A stretch of DNA of 64,000 bases from Candidatus Marinacidobacterales bacterium (GCA_965219415.1 CBDCNP010000002.1:2848001-2912000); one strand, 5' to 3'; positions 11,141 to 21,837 are shown, counted from the first letter of the stretch. Numbers and translations are program-made. The notes: generated by a model not told the origin, from the letters alone.

Positions 11141-11295
11141 GCGAGCGAGGAGCGAGCGCCCGCGAGTGGGGGTGGGGCCCCACCCGCACTAATTGATTTC
11201 CGCGAGACGTGCCGGGGAGCCTTCAGCCGCCGCGCAGCGCGAAGCGCGGAGCGGCATGGCGACGGGGGTGGAGTCCCCGTCGCCTCTGATGAAAG
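11141..11295. repeat. Composite intergenic REP-like element, copy 3 (opposite orientation)
   Basis: Hairpins GCGAGTGGGG-GTGGGG-CCCCACCCGC and GGCGACGGGG-GTGGAGT-CCCCGTCGCC; 22-bp block shared with copy 2. Confidence 0.8.
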
Positions 11296-11322
11296 ACCTG
11301 TCGAACCGCTAAAGAGCGTTCC

Positions 11323-14300
11323 TTAGTAATCGAACCCAATCCAGAACTTGAACTGCGTCTCGTTTCGAAGCGAGAGATTATTCGTGACCGTGTTGGCGAA
11401 GTCGGTGACCTTCACCCAGTCGAAATGAAGCGGGAGCCCGAAGGCATTCAAGCCCAAGCTGAAACCCCAGGAAGCCACGCTATCCTTGGTGCCCCATCCG
11501 TCTACGACGCGTCCGTCCACCCGTGAAATCCGGAGGTCGCTCGCAAACACCTGAAACGCTTGATCTTCGAACGCCGCCCCTCCCCAGTTGAGGAACAAAG
11601 TCCCTCGCAGCGGGCCGAAGAACCCAATGGGTGTGATCGCGGCGTCAATGATGGGGAAGCGCAGCTCCGCGTTCGTGAAAAACCCGCGATTGCCGACGAA
11701 TCCTTGGAAGGGGTAGCCCCTCATCGTGTTATCGCCGCCGAACCAGAAGAAGTCGGGATTGTCCCCACGGCTGCTAAAGCCCCGAGCGCGAAGCGCCACC
11801 AGGCTGCTCCCGGTGAGTTGCAGATACTTTCTGAGATCGGCCTGCAAGGTGTATCGAGACAGAAAGGGCCCGCCCGGCGATACGTTGAAGCCCACTAGCA
11901 TCGTGCTACCGGCCAACGGTCCAAAGTTCCGAAACCGGGCCGTCTCGGAAGTGTAGGTGATACCGATGGGCAGGATGTCCCCGGTCGGAAAACGCCGTTC
12001 GATTGAGTCCTGAAAAGCGGCGAATACCCCCGGATCGAACCCGATTCCATCGATGTTGATATCGGGGTCGAGAAACGGATTCTGGAACTGGGTCCGCTGG
12101 TTGATGTAGCCGGTGTAGAACTCGAACCGACGGAAACGATCGAGCGGGTAGATGGCCGCGATGGTCGCACCGGTTTGCTTCAACGTCGCAATCTCACCCG
12201 CACGCGTGAATAGATTACGCGGCTGGCCGATGATGAACGGATTGGTGAAGAAGAAGCTGGTGGTGTCGAAACCGGTGACCGAGTACTGCAGACGGTGTCC
12301 GAGGTTGGTGTAATTTCCGGAGAAATTCCGGAACTCACGAACCGACAAGGCGAAGAAGCTGAAATTCTGATCGCCCAACACGTCGGTGAACTGGATTCCC
12401 GTCCCTCCGAAAAAGCTACCGTCGCTATTGACCCCTACCGCGATCGGCGGTGCGCCGGCGACAAAGAGCTTCTCGAATGTCCCCTTTTTCCGTTTGTTCT
12501 CCGGAATGACTTGATGGAGAACGGGCGGAACGAAGTCGATGACCGGCCCCTCGGTGCGGATGATCTGATCGGCAGTGATCTCCTTGACGGGTTCGTCGAG
12601 GCTCAACCGAAAGAGTCCATAATTACCCTTGTAGTAGCTGGTGAAGAGGAGTTGCTCGGTTCCCTTGTCATCTACAACGACCGCAGGAGCAAAGTTCCCA
12701 CCCAGCGCGTCGGTGTACTGGAGAATGTCCCCCGTTTCCAGGTCCAGTGAACGCAGGTTGTAAATGCTGTCGTCCTCGTTGGAAACGTGGAAAAGGAGAT
12801 TGCCGTCGGTCGAGAAAGCCGGCGCAGAATCGTCATAAGGACCGAAAGTCAGCTGCTCTTTTTCCTCCGGGTTGTCGAGTTTCAGGCGATAGAGCTTGTC
12901 GTAGCCGCTGATGCGACGGGAGTAATAAAGCCACTCATTGTCCGGATCGGCGACCGGGAACTTGTCCCGAAATTCGTCTTGGGTGATGTTCGTGACTTCT
13001 TCGGTATCGAGGTCCATACGAAAGATGTCGCCCACACCGTCTTTCAACGCCGCAAAGTAGACATACTTGCCCTGGGGTCCGAAATTCGGAAAAGCCGCTT
13101 GGTCGTACTCCATCACATAGCGGCGATCGACCTTAGAGGTGAGCACGTTGACGAGAACGAGGGCGCGGCGTTTCTGGTACCGACCGAAGAAAGCCACGTG
13201 CTCGCCGTCGGCTGTCCACGCCAAGGCGGCCCCCAGAAACGAGTCCTGCCCGACCAGCGGGATGTACTCGAACTCCCCGGTATAGCCGGGAGTGAGGTTT
13301 CTCAACACCGAACCGTCTTTGCCGGAGATGAGGACGACGTCGAGCTCGCCGTCACGCCGGTTGAAGCTCAGGACCGCCGCCAGCTCGCGCGAAGGGGACG
13401 GAGCCGCGGTGAGCGCCGCCACCCACTTACCTTGCCGCCGCGGATTGGGAGAATAGTCCCGGCTGTAGTCAGAAGGGATTTCCTTATCCCGAAAGGGCTT
13501 GAAACGCTCCTTGACCCATTTGCGAAATTGCCGATCGAACTCTTCGGCGTCCATTCGGAAGGCCTGCTCATAGACGTCGGAGCTCACCCCTCCAACCACG
13601 GCCCTACGAAGGGAGAACAAGAACTGGCGGACGCCTTCTTTGCCGAACCGCTCCTCCATGAACTCGAAGATGGCATGACCGAAGTTATAGGGTATCCTGG
13701 AGAACCCTTGGTTGAGCTCTTCAAAGGTCGGGATATTGTCGGTAACCGCGGCGTCGCGGACCGTCATCAGATCCAACGAATCCCATTTGCCGGTCATGTA
13801 ATCGGAGAGTCCCTCATCGATCCATAAGGGAACCGAACGGCGCACCAACGAGCGGGGAATGATGTCGAACTCGAATATATGGGTCAGCTCGTGAATGATG
13901 AGCTCTTGGAGTTTGTCCGGCGGCTCATCGATGGGCAGCACCATCCGATCCCGCACCGGTTCGGCGAACGCAAGGACGCCTTCCGGAATTTCGCTCGGGA
14001 AGAGGTTGGTCTGCGCGAACTCGGAAAAGGTCTTGTACAGAATCAAGGGAATGGGAAATGAGATCTCGTGCTTGAGCTCGTTCGACACCCTCTCGTAAGC
14101 GCTCTCTGCATAGCTCACCACCCGGCCCAGATGTTGTTCGAACTCGGGGTAGTAATACACCTCAAAGTGAGGTGAACGGTACACGTGCCAGGCGTGGTGG
14201 TCGTACTGGACCTTGTTCTTGCCGTAGTAGGGCCGGAATTGCGCCTGCTGAGCTCCCATGGAGCCGGCGACTAGCATGAAGACTAATGCTGCCCCACCGA

Positions 14301-14331
14301 TCCGAAGGATATTCCCCGTTACGTCGCTCAT
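11323..14331 (-). CDS. Omp85-superfamily protein: gluzincin-like domain + PD40/TolB-like propeller + C-terminal barrel
   Basis: Signal peptide; IIHELTH and WIDEGLSDY; PD40-like repeats (PAFSTDG, PNFGPQG); MRGY lid motif, NAELRFP, aromatic C-terminus IGFDY. Confidence 0.8.
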   Translation of the reverse strand: MSDVTGNILRIGGAALVFMLVAGSMGAQQAQFRPYYGKNKVQYDHHAWHVYRSPHFEVYYYPEFEQHLGRVVSYAESAYERVSNELKHEISFPIPLILYKTFSEFAQTNLFPSEIPEGVLAFAEPVRDRMVLPIDEPPDKLQELIIHELTHIFEFDIIPRSLVRRSVPLWIDEGLSDYMTGKWDSLDLMTVRDAAVTDNIPTFEELNQGFSRIPYNFGHAIFEFMEERFGKEGVRQFLFSLRRAVVGGVSSDVYEQAFRMDAEEFDRQFRKWVKERFKPFRDKEIPSDYSRDYSPNPRRQGKWVAALTAAPSPSRELAAVLSFNRRDGELDVVLISGKDGSVLRNLTPGYTGEFEYIPLVGQDSFLGAALAWTADGEHVAFFGRYQKRRALVLVNVLTSKVDRRYVMEYDQAAFPNFGPQGKYVYFAALKDGVGDIFRMDLDTEEVTNITQDEFRDKFPVADPDNEWLYYSRRISGYDKLYRLKLDNPEEKEQLTFGPYDDSAPAFSTDGNLLFHVSNEDDSIYNLRSLDLETGDILQYTDALGGNFAPAVVVDDKGTEQLLFTSYYKGNYGLFRLSLDEPVKEITADQIIRTEGPVIDFVPPVLHQVIPENKRKKGTFEKLFVAGAPPIAVGVNSDGSFFGGTGIQFTDVLGDQNFSFFALSVREFRNFSGNYTNLGHRLQYSVTGFDTTSFFFTNPFIIGQPRNLFTRAGEIATLKQTGATIAAIYPLDRFRRFEFYTGYINQRTQFQNPFLDPDINIDGIGFDPGVFAAFQDSIERRFPTGDILPIGITYTSETARFRNFGPLAGSTMLVGFNVSPGGPFLSRYTLQADLRKYLQLTGSSLVALRARGFSSRGDNPDFFWFGGDNTMRGYPFQGFVGNRGFFTNAELRFPIIDAAITPIGFFGPLRGTLFLNWGGAAFEDQAFQVFASDLRISRVDGRVVDGWGTKDSVASWGFSLGLNAFGLPLHFDWVKVTDFANTVTNNLSLRNETQFKFWIGFDY

Positions 14332-14438
14332 TGCCTTACCTCGCTGCTGAATCCACCTGTTGATTCCAAGACCGAGCAAAGCAAGGAACGGCTCCGCCAG
14401 CTTGGATTGCTAACGTTGTTGAATCAGATCGCTATCGG

Positions 14439-15227
14439 TCATTTCAAGAGAATTCGGGTTCCTCGAAATGTTTGGGGGCTCAGGATACTCAGGAAATTGG
14501 GCAGCAAACGATCCATTAGCTCGAAATACGAAGACAGAGCCGATGTTTTTTCGTCCTGACCATAGATCACTTCTTCGGTAAACCGCTCGCGGTGAATCGA
14601 TTTGCCGGTACGCCCATCGATGAAATAAAACTCGGCGGCCAAGACGAAGCCGGTCCTCTCCTGAAACTGCGTACTGCGGACCAAACGTGGGCGGCCGTAG
14701 GCATCCCGCACGTAGCGGTCACCTCGGGCAAAACCGGACCGGGCCTCGGAGCTAAAGGTTAATCGGCCGCTGACGATGAGGGGATCTTGATACTCCTCGC
14801 CGATCTTCTTCCAATAGTCTTGATCGGCGAGCAGCTTGTCCTGCTCCATATCGATCCACTCCTGTCTCGAGATCTCTTCCTCGCCGTCGGCTCTCGCCTC
14901 TTCCTCCAGTTGACGGAACTGATCGAGCCTCCCGGTTTCCTTCAGAGTCTGCTCGGAGAAATCCCCGAGCGGCGCCAATTCCCCTTCCACGACCCGCAGT
15001 TGAGAACGCGTCCTAAGCTGGTTACGCAAAAGGCGGACCGTTTCTGCATCGAGATCCAGCGCCTCCGTCGTCTGCGTGACGAAACTCGCCACCAGGACGC
15101 GGGTGAAGTCGGAGACATCTAGCTTGGCGGATACTGGGACCTCAATCGGGACTTCGTAGTAATTGGTGCAGGAGCCCAAGGAGGTGGCGAGTAGGGCTCT
15201 GGTGAGAGCTAGCGCCCCAGTTCCCAC
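14439..15227 (-). CDS. Predicted lipoprotein of unknown function
   Basis: Lipobox-like LGS-C after a hydrophobic stretch; start (GTG 15227) approximate. Confidence 0.65.
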   Translation of the reverse strand: MGTGALALTRALLATSLGSCTNYYEVPIEVPVSAKLDVSDFTRVLVASFVTQTTEALDLDAETVRLLRNQLRTRSQLRVVEGELAPLGDFSEQTLKETGRLDQFRQLEEEARADGEEEISRQEWIDMEQDKLLADQDYWKKIGEEYQDPLIVSGRLTFSSEARSGFARGDRYVRDAYGRPRLVRSTQFQERTGFVLAAEFYFIDGRTGKSIHRERFTEEVIYGQDEKTSALSSYFELMDRLLPNFLSILSPQTFRGTRILLK

Positions 15228-15249
15228 TTTGGCGACAAACTTATGGAGA

Positions 15250-15648
15250 CTAAGGGCTGCGACGACTGCGTCCAGTTTTTCTTTTCCTTTTTTCATAGGC
15301 TTCCCTGAAAAGCTCATAGTTCTGTCGGATGTACAGGTTGTTCGAATCCAGCTCGAGCGCCCGTTTGTATTGTTCGTCCGCAAGATCGAACTGGCCCGCT
15401 TGCTCGTAGGCAACCCCGAGGTTGTTGCGAGCACTTGCGTTTGACGGATCGATCTCTACGGCCTTTTGCCATCGGTAGACCGCCTCACGCCAGAGGCCGA
15501 CTCGGGCAACTTCAATTCCGAATTCGACTTCCTTCTTGGCAACCTCTTCGGGTTTCTTATCGGCGAACGCCGGGCGGGCGAGGGCTAAGAGCGCGAGTGT
15601 AAGAACAGTGGCGGTCCGTGATCTCAACCGGTGCTTGAGCTTTCGCAT
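15250..15648 (-). CDS. Secreted small TPR protein
   Basis: Signal peptide ending AFA; TPR motifs WQKAVEIDPSNASARNNLGVAYEQAG. Confidence 0.85.
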   Translation of the reverse strand: MRKLKHRLRSRTATVLTLALLALARPAFADKKPEEVAKKEVEFGIEVARVGLWREAVYRWQKAVEIDPSNASARNNLGVAYEQAGQFDLADEQYKRALELDSNNLYIRQNYELFREAYEKRKRKTGRSRRSP

Positions 15649-15880
15649 ATGCGGTTCCTAGCTCGGGGCGGTCAATGAAAAAAGCCGCCTTCACAAGGGG
15701 TAGACCGGCCACCGTATGCTATCCCACGCCCCGAGGTCCTGCAAGCTCGGGCCCAGCGGGGGGTGAATCCGCCCTTTTTTCGTCCCTTACCTCGTGACCA
15801 AGTTTTCGAGCCCCAGCATAGACAGGCGCCGAAGGGGTTGCTGTAACCGTAATTACTGGAACTAAAAGGCCAAAAAAGGG

Positions 15881-16976
15881 ATGACTCGACCCATTGCCTT
15901 GCCCGGAGACCCGGCGGGCCTGGTTTCCGCCCTCGCCCTGGCGCTTCTCCCCGGCTTGCCGTTGCGGAAAAAGGTCGAGTTGGTCCTCCGATTCGAAAGC
16001 TACCAATCGGCTCTCACCTGCTTGGCCTCGCCCGTTCCTCGAACCCTTATGTCACGGGCCGAGGTCGAGTACCGGAACGCGACCCGACAAGGCTTCCGGC
16101 TTCTAGACTTGATGGCCCCCGATTACCCACGCTCTCTCAAAACGACGGTGGACCCTCCTCTGGTCCTTTACTTGTGGGGCAGCTTGCACGAGGACGACGA
16201 AAACGCCATCGCCGTGGTCGGCTCGCGCCAGGCAAGTGCCTACGGCCTGGCCGTCTGTCACAAGCTGGCTGCGGGATTGGCTCGACGAGGGGTCCCGATC
16301 GTCAGCGGCATGGCACGCGGCATCGACGCGGTGGCTCACCGCGCGGCACTCGAAGTGGGGGGTCGGACCATGGCGGTCTCGGGCTCCGGCCTCAATCGTA
16401 TCTATCCACCCGAGCACCGTCGGCTCGCAGAGAAAATATCGGAAAAAGGCGCGGTGATCTCAGAATTGCCACTAACGAGCCCGCCGCTGGCAGGCCATTT
16501 TCCGATGCGCAATCGGATTATCGCCGGCATGACCTTGGGCGCCGTCGTCATCGAGGCCGCGGAGCGAAGCGGTTCGCTCATCACAGCCCGCCACGCGCTC
16601 GAGCAAAACCGAGAGGTCTTCGCGGTACCCGGTCCTATCGACTCCAAGACCACCATCGGCGTCCATCGACTCATCCAGGATGGCGCTAAACTCGTCACCT
16701 GTGTCACCGACGTGATCGACGAACTGAGACCAGAGATCCAAGAGCGACTCGCCGAAGCGGAGTCGGCGGGTGGTCGATCGACGGTCTCCCCGATGGAACT
16801 TGTAGAAGACGAGCGGATCGTGTTCAATAGATTACGACACTCTGGCACAGCAGATACGGACCGTTTAGTCGAGCTCGTCGGCGAGAATCATGGCGGCGCT
16901 CGCCGGCCTTCGGATCAAGGGCTTGGTGAGCGAGTTGCCTGGAGGTTCATACTGGGTTAAGGATGATGGCGAGTGA
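15881..16976 (+). CDS. dprA: DNA-processing protein DprA (frameshift near 16875 in the winged-helix tail)
   Basis: IAVVGSR, VSGMARGID, FPMRNRIIAG, IEAAERSGSLITA, VFAVPG; alternate frame gives IMAALAGLRIKGLVSELPGGSY ending 16976. Confidence 0.93.
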
Positions 16977-17051
16977 AGTTTGAGAAGGACGCGGTGACGC
17001 GTCGAATCCTGGCCCATGTCGGCGAAAAAACTGCCGGTACGAACCCCCACT

Positions 17052-17080
17052 GAGACAAAACTTGCACGAGGCGCTAAACT
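17052..17080 (+). promoter_or_regulatory. Putative sigma-70 promoter for a leaderless topA transcript
   Basis: GAGACA-17 nt-TAAACT, then 6 nt to ATG; no Shine-Dalgarno. Confidence 0.45.
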
Positions 17081-17086
17081 AGTACC

Positions 17087-19543
17087 ATGGCAAAGTCGCT
17101 GGTTATCGTAGAGTCGCCTGCGAAGGCGAAAACCATCAACAAATTCCTGGGGCGGGACTACGTGGTCAAGGCTTCTATGGGACACGTCCGGGACTTGCCG
17201 AAGAGCAAACTCGGTGTGGATGTCGACAAGGGGTTCGACCCCAAGTACGTCGTGATTCCCAAGCGCAAGAAACTACTCACCGAGCTCAAACAGGCGGCCA
17301 AGAAGGTCAAGGATGTCTACTTGGCACCCGACCCCGATCGTGAAGGCGAAGCCATCTGTTTCCATCTCGCCGAGGAACTGAAGGGACCGAAGAACAAGAT
17401 CCATCGTGTGATGTTCAACGAGATCACCAAAAAGGCGATTCAAGAGGCCTTCAAGAACCCGGGAGAGATCGACAAGAACAAAGTGGACGCGCAGCAGGCG
17501 AGGAGAGTCCTAGATCGCCTGGTGGGTTATCAGCTCTCACCCCTTCTTTGGGAAAAGGTACGCCGGGGGTTGTCGGCGGGACGGGTTCAATCGGTCGCTC
17601 TGAGGCTGGTGTGTGACCGCGAACGAGAAATTCAGGCCTTCAAGTCGGAAGAGTACTGGTCGATCCATGTGGAGCTTCTTGGAAAAGAGCCTCCCTCGTT
17701 CATGGCCAAGCTCGTCAAGATCGACGGCAAGGCCTTCGACATCGACAACGAGGAACGGGCTCTCGAGGTTAAGTCCGAGCTCGAAAAGCTCGAGTTTCAG
17801 ATCGCCAAGATTACCGCCAAAGAACGGAAACAAAACCCGGTTCCCCCCTTCATCACCAGTAAGCTCCAGCAGGAGGCGGCGCGCAAGCTGAGCTTTACCG
17901 CCAAGCGGACCATGATGGTCGCGCAGAGGCTTTACGAAGGCATCGAGCTCGGCAAGGAAGGTCCGATCGGTCTTATCACCTACATGAGGACCGATTCGAC
18001 GCGAGTGGCCAACGAAGCATTGGATGAGGTTCGCGGGTATATCGGCGAGCGCTTCGGGAAGGAGATGGTTCCCGACAAGCCGAACATGTATCGAAGCAAG
18101 AAAGGGGCGCAAGACGCCCACGAAGCCATCCGGCCCACCTCCTCCGTGCGCGAGCCGGACAGTGTCTCGGAATATCTCGACAAGGACGAGTACAAGCTCT
18201 ACAAACTCATCTGGATTCGGTTCGTGGCGTCCCAGATGCCGCCCGCCGTCTTCGACGAGACGGTGGTGGACATCAAGGCGGGCCGCTACGATCTGAGGGC
18301 GCGTGGTTCAGTGATGAAGTTCCCGGGCTTCCTTGGTCTCTACGAGGAAGGCAAGGACGAAGAAGCCACCAAGAAAGATTCCGAGGCGGATGACGCCGAT
18401 GCCAAGGCCCCTCCTACTGAGACCTCGGGCAAGCTCCCGAAACTCGAGACGGATGAACGGCTAAAACTCGAGGCGCTCAAGCCGGAGCAGCATTTCACCC
18501 AGCCGCCGCCGCGCTTCACCGAGGCGTCTCTGGTCAAGGAGCTCGAAGAGAAAGGTATCGGCCGCCCGAGCACCTATGCCTCGATTCTTTCAGTGCTTCA
18601 GTATCGAGAGTACGTCAACAAGGAACAACGCAAGTTCGTGCCCACCGAGCTCGGCTTCCTGGTCACCGATCTGCTGACCAAGAACTTCGCCGACCTCATG
18701 GAGGTGGAGTACACCGCCCGTATGGAGGAACTTCTCGACGAGATCGAGGAGGGCAGGGCGAATTACCTCTCCACGGTCGACGAGTTCTACAAGAAGTTTC
18801 GCAAGGATCTCGACGAAGCCCAGACCAACATGACTAATGTGAAGGCCCAGGAGATCCCGACCGAAGAAACCTGCGATAAGTGCAACTCGAAGATGGTCAT
18901 CAAGTGGGGCCGGTTCGGACACTTTCTCGCCTGCTCGGCCTACCCCGAGTGCCGAAACACCCGCGAGGTGCAAAACTACGGGGTCAACGGTTCCGCCGAT
19001 CCAGACAATTTCGAAGGCGAGACCTGCGAGAAATGCAGCAAGCCGATGGTACTCAAGAAGGGCCGCTACGGTCAGTTCCTAGCGTGCTCGGGGTATCCCG
19101 ATTGCAAGAATACGCGGCGCATCCTTCGAGGCAAGGACGGAAGCGTAGCGTCGAAAGCGGATGTTCCGCTCGACGAGAAGTGCCCTCGCTGCGAGAACCA
19201 CTTGGTTCTCAAACATGGTCGCTTCGGAGAGTTCACCGCCTGCAGCAACTATCCGGACTGCAAGTACATCAAGCAGAAGGAAATCGGCGTCGGTTGCCCG
19301 AAAGAAGGCTGTGGCGGACAGATCGTTGAGAGACGCTCGCGACGCGGGAAACTCTTTTACGGTTGTGGTCAGTATCCCGACTGCGACTTCACCGTCTGGT
19401 ACAAGCCGGTTAACGAGCCCTGCCCGGAGTGTGGCGCTCCCCTGCTGATAGAAAAGACTTCCAAACGCGACGGGGACTATCTGGCCTGTCACAAGGAAGA
19501 CTGCAAGTTCAAACGCACCGCCGCGGAAACCAGCGCCACATAG
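17087..19543 (+). CDS. topA: DNA topoisomerase I
   Basis: LVIVESPAKAKTI, DPDREGEAI, AGRVQS, ITYMRTDS, C-terminal C4 zinc ribbons. Confidence 0.98.
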   Translation: MAKSLVIVESPAKAKTINKFLGRDYVVKASMGHVRDLPKSKLGVDVDKGFDPKYVVIPKRKKLLTELKQAAKKVKDVYLAPDPDREGEAICFHLAEELKGPKNKIHRVMFNEITKKAIQEAFKNPGEIDKNKVDAQQARRVLDRLVGYQLSPLLWEKVRRGLSAGRVQSVALRLVCDREREIQAFKSEEYWSIHVELLGKEPPSFMAKLVKIDGKAFDIDNEERALEVKSELEKLEFQIAKITAKERKQNPVPPFITSKLQQEAARKLSFTAKRTMMVAQRLYEGIELGKEGPIGLITYMRTDSTRVANEALDEVRGYIGERFGKEMVPDKPNMYRSKKGAQDAHEAIRPTSSVREPDSVSEYLDKDEYKLYKLIWIRFVASQMPPAVFDETVVDIKAGRYDLRARGSVMKFPGFLGLYEEGKDEEATKKDSEADDADAKAPPTETSGKLPKLETDERLKLEALKPEQHFTQPPPRFTEASLVKELEEKGIGRPSTYASILSVLQYREYVNKEQRKFVPTELGFLVTDLLTKNFADLMEVEYTARMEELLDEIEEGRANYLSTVDEFYKKFRKDLDEAQTNMTNVKAQEIPTEETCDKCNSKMVIKWGRFGHFLACSAYPECRNTREVQNYGVNGSADPDNFEGETCEKCSKPMVLKKGRYGQFLACSGYPDCKNTRRILRGKDGSVASKADVPLDEKCPRCENHLVLKHGRFGEFTACSNYPDCKYIKQKEIGVGCPKEGCGGQIVERRSRRGKLFYGCGQYPDCDFTVWYKPVNEPCPECGAPLLIEKTSKRDGDYLACHKEDCKFKRTAAETSAT

Positions 19544-19556
19544 AAACAAGAGGCCA

Positions 19557-20906
19557 ATGCAGCACGTCACCGTGATCGGAGGCGGGCTAGCGGGAGTCGA
19601 AGTGGCCTGGCAGATCGCCAAAAGGGACGTTCCGGCCGATCTCTTCGAGATGCGGCCCCGACGCGGAACTCCCGTCCATCGCACCGACCAACTCGCGGAG
19701 CTCGTTTGTAGCAATTCCCTGCGCTCCGATCGCCTCGAAACCGCTCACGGCGTTTTGAAGGAGGAGATGAGACGGCTCGACTCCCTGGTGATGCGAGCCG
19801 CGGACCGGGCGCGAGTGCCCGCCGGCTCGGCTCTGGCGGTTGACCGCAACCTCTTCGCCTCCCATCTCACCGAAGCGATCACGCGCTCTCCGAAAATCAC
19901 ACTACGTCGAGAAGAAGTTCCCTCGATTCCCGAAGAAGGGATCGTCGTGGTCGCGAGTGGGCCTCTCACTTCGGAAGCACTGACCGAGTCGATTACTCGA
20001 TTCACCGGCAAGCAGAGTCTTTACTTCTACGATGCGATCAGCCCAGTCGTGGAAGCGGAAAGCATTGACATGACCAAGGCGTTTCGCGCCTCACGCTACG
20101 GAAAGGGTGGGGATGATTACATCAATTGCCCGATGAACGAGGAGGAGTACCGGCGATTCCATGAAACGCTGGTATCGGCGGCCTCGGTCGATCTGCACGA
20201 CATCGACAAGTTCTTCGAAGGATGCCTTCCCATCGAGGTCATGGCACGTCGTGGCTACGACACGCTCCGCTTCGGTCCGATGAAACCGGTCGGTCTCATA
20301 GACCCCCGTACGGAAAGACGGCCTTTTGCGGTGGTGCAGCTTCGCCAGGACGATTTGGCCGCGAGCCTCTACAACATCGTTGGTTTTCAGAATCAGCTGA
20401 AGTGGGGTGAGCAGAAGAGTCTGCTCCGGATGATCCCCGGCCTCGAGAACGCCGAGTTCTCCCGCTTCGGAATGATCCACCGCAACACGTACATCAACTC
20501 CCCCGCGGTGTTGAAATCGACGTTTCAGACGCGCCAACGTACCGACTTGTTCTTTGCCGGGCAGATCTCGGGTGTGGAAGGCTATACCGAATCGGCGGCT
20601 TCTGGGCTTCTCGCGGGGATCAACGCCGCTCGAGTATCCCGTGAGTTAACGCCGTTGACGCCACCACGCACCACGGCTTTGGGAGCGTTGGCGTTCTACA
20701 TCTCTCATTCCAGCGCCGGCAACTACCAGCCCACGAACATTGCGTTTGGACTCTTCCCGCCTCTCGACACGCACGTCCGGAAAAAGAGCGAACGCAAACG
20801 GGCGGTGGCGCAACGCGCCTTGCATGCGATCGATGACTTCGTGTCTTCCGCTCAGCCGGGCGCTCAGCCAGGCGCGCACCCCGGCGCGGTCACGCTAAAT
20901 GCCTGA
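19557..20906 (+). CDS. trmFO: Folate/FAD-dependent tRNA (uracil-54) methyltransferase TrmFO
   Basis: GGGLAGVE, AELVCSNSLRS, YFYDAISP, FEGCLPIE, GPMKPVGL, AGQISGVEGY. Confidence 0.96.
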   Translation: MQHVTVIGGGLAGVEVAWQIAKRDVPADLFEMRPRRGTPVHRTDQLAELVCSNSLRSDRLETAHGVLKEEMRRLDSLVMRAADRARVPAGSALAVDRNLFASHLTEAITRSPKITLRREEVPSIPEEGIVVVASGPLTSEALTESITRFTGKQSLYFYDAISPVVEAESIDMTKAFRASRYGKGGDDYINCPMNEEEYRRFHETLVSAASVDLHDIDKFFEGCLPIEVMARRGYDTLRFGPMKPVGLIDPRTERRPFAVVQLRQDDLAASLYNIVGFQNQLKWGEQKSLLRMIPGLENAEFSRFGMIHRNTYINSPAVLKSTFQTRQRTDLFFAGQISGVEGYTESAASGLLAGINAARVSRELTPLTPPRTTALGALAFYISHSSAGNYQPTNIAFGLFPPLDTHVRKKSERKRAVAQRALHAIDDFVSSAQPGAQPGAHPGAVTLNA

Positions 20907-20930
20907 CCCGAGGCCTCTGATATCTGACCG

Positions 20931-21833
20931 ATGTTAGCTGCACAGAAAGCATTCTTGGACGATCTGGAGCACCGACGCGGGGTCTCCGCGCACACGGTCA
21001 AGAGCTACCGCGCCGACCTCGACCAGTTCACCAGCTTCCTCGTCGATGAATGGGGGATGGATCCCAAAAAGCTTACTCCCGAAGACGTCGATGTGCTGAC
21101 GCTGCGAGGGTTTCTTGCTTACCTGCACGACAAAGGCATCGCGCGATCTTCCATCGCTCGCAAGCTCGCCGCCCTTCGCACCTTCTTCCGATTTCTCACG
21201 CGCGAAGGGAGTCTGGAGAAGAACCCGGCTCGTTTGATCGCGACCCCAAGACAAGACAAGAAGATCCCCGATCGCATGGAAGAAAACGAGGTCGAAAGAC
21301 TCATCGATTGTCCGGATAGGACCGAGCCGCTCGGGAGACGTGATCACGCGATTTTGGAGTTAATCTACGCAACCGGACTCCGAGTCGGCGAATTGGTGGG
21401 GCTCGATCGCAGCTCCATCGAACGGGATGCGCAACTGGTGCGGGCCCAAGGAAAAGGAGGCAAAGAAAGGCTCGTCCCTTACGGAGAGCCGGCGGAGGCC
21501 GCTCTCGAGAGCTACCTTCGAGACCGGCAAGAGCTGACCCGGCGAGGGCCGGGCACCGACGCGCTTTTTCTGAACGCACGCGGCCAAAGACTCACTTCAC
21601 GCAGTGTCCACCGCCTGGTGCGAAAGTATTTAGATCAGGCGTCACTCCGCTCGGGGCTTTCCCCTCACAGCCTACGACACGCCTTTGCGACTCATCTGCT
21701 CGAGCGGGGAGCCGATTTGCGATCGATCCAGGAGCTTCTCGGCCACTCGAGTCTTTCGACCACGCAGAAATACACGCATCTCTCGACAGCGAAACTCCTG
21801 AAGGTCTACGAGAAGAGCCACCCGAAGGCCTGA
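20931..21833 (+). CDS. xerC: Tyrosine recombinase XerC
   Basis: YATGLRVGEL, GKGGKER, HSLRHAFATHLL, LGHSSLSTTQKY; canonical position after trmFO. Confidence 0.9.
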   Translation: MLAAQKAFLDDLEHRRGVSAHTVKSYRADLDQFTSFLVDEWGMDPKKLTPEDVDVLTLRGFLAYLHDKGIARSSIARKLAALRTFFRFLTREGSLEKNPARLIATPRQDKKIPDRMEENEVERLIDCPDRTEPLGRRDHAILELIYATGLRVGELVGLDRSSIERDAQLVRAQGKGGKERLVPYGEPAEAALESYLRDRQELTRRGPGTDALFLNARGQRLTSRSVHRLVRKYLDQASLRSGLSPHSLRHAFATHLLERGADLRSIQELLGHSSLSTTQKYTHLSTAKLLKVYEKSHPKA

Positions 21834-21837
21834 ACAG

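Noticed and set aside
20931-21833. Prophage or island integrase
   Set aside because: Size, motifs and dprA-topA-trmFO context fit chromosomal XerC; no phage genes
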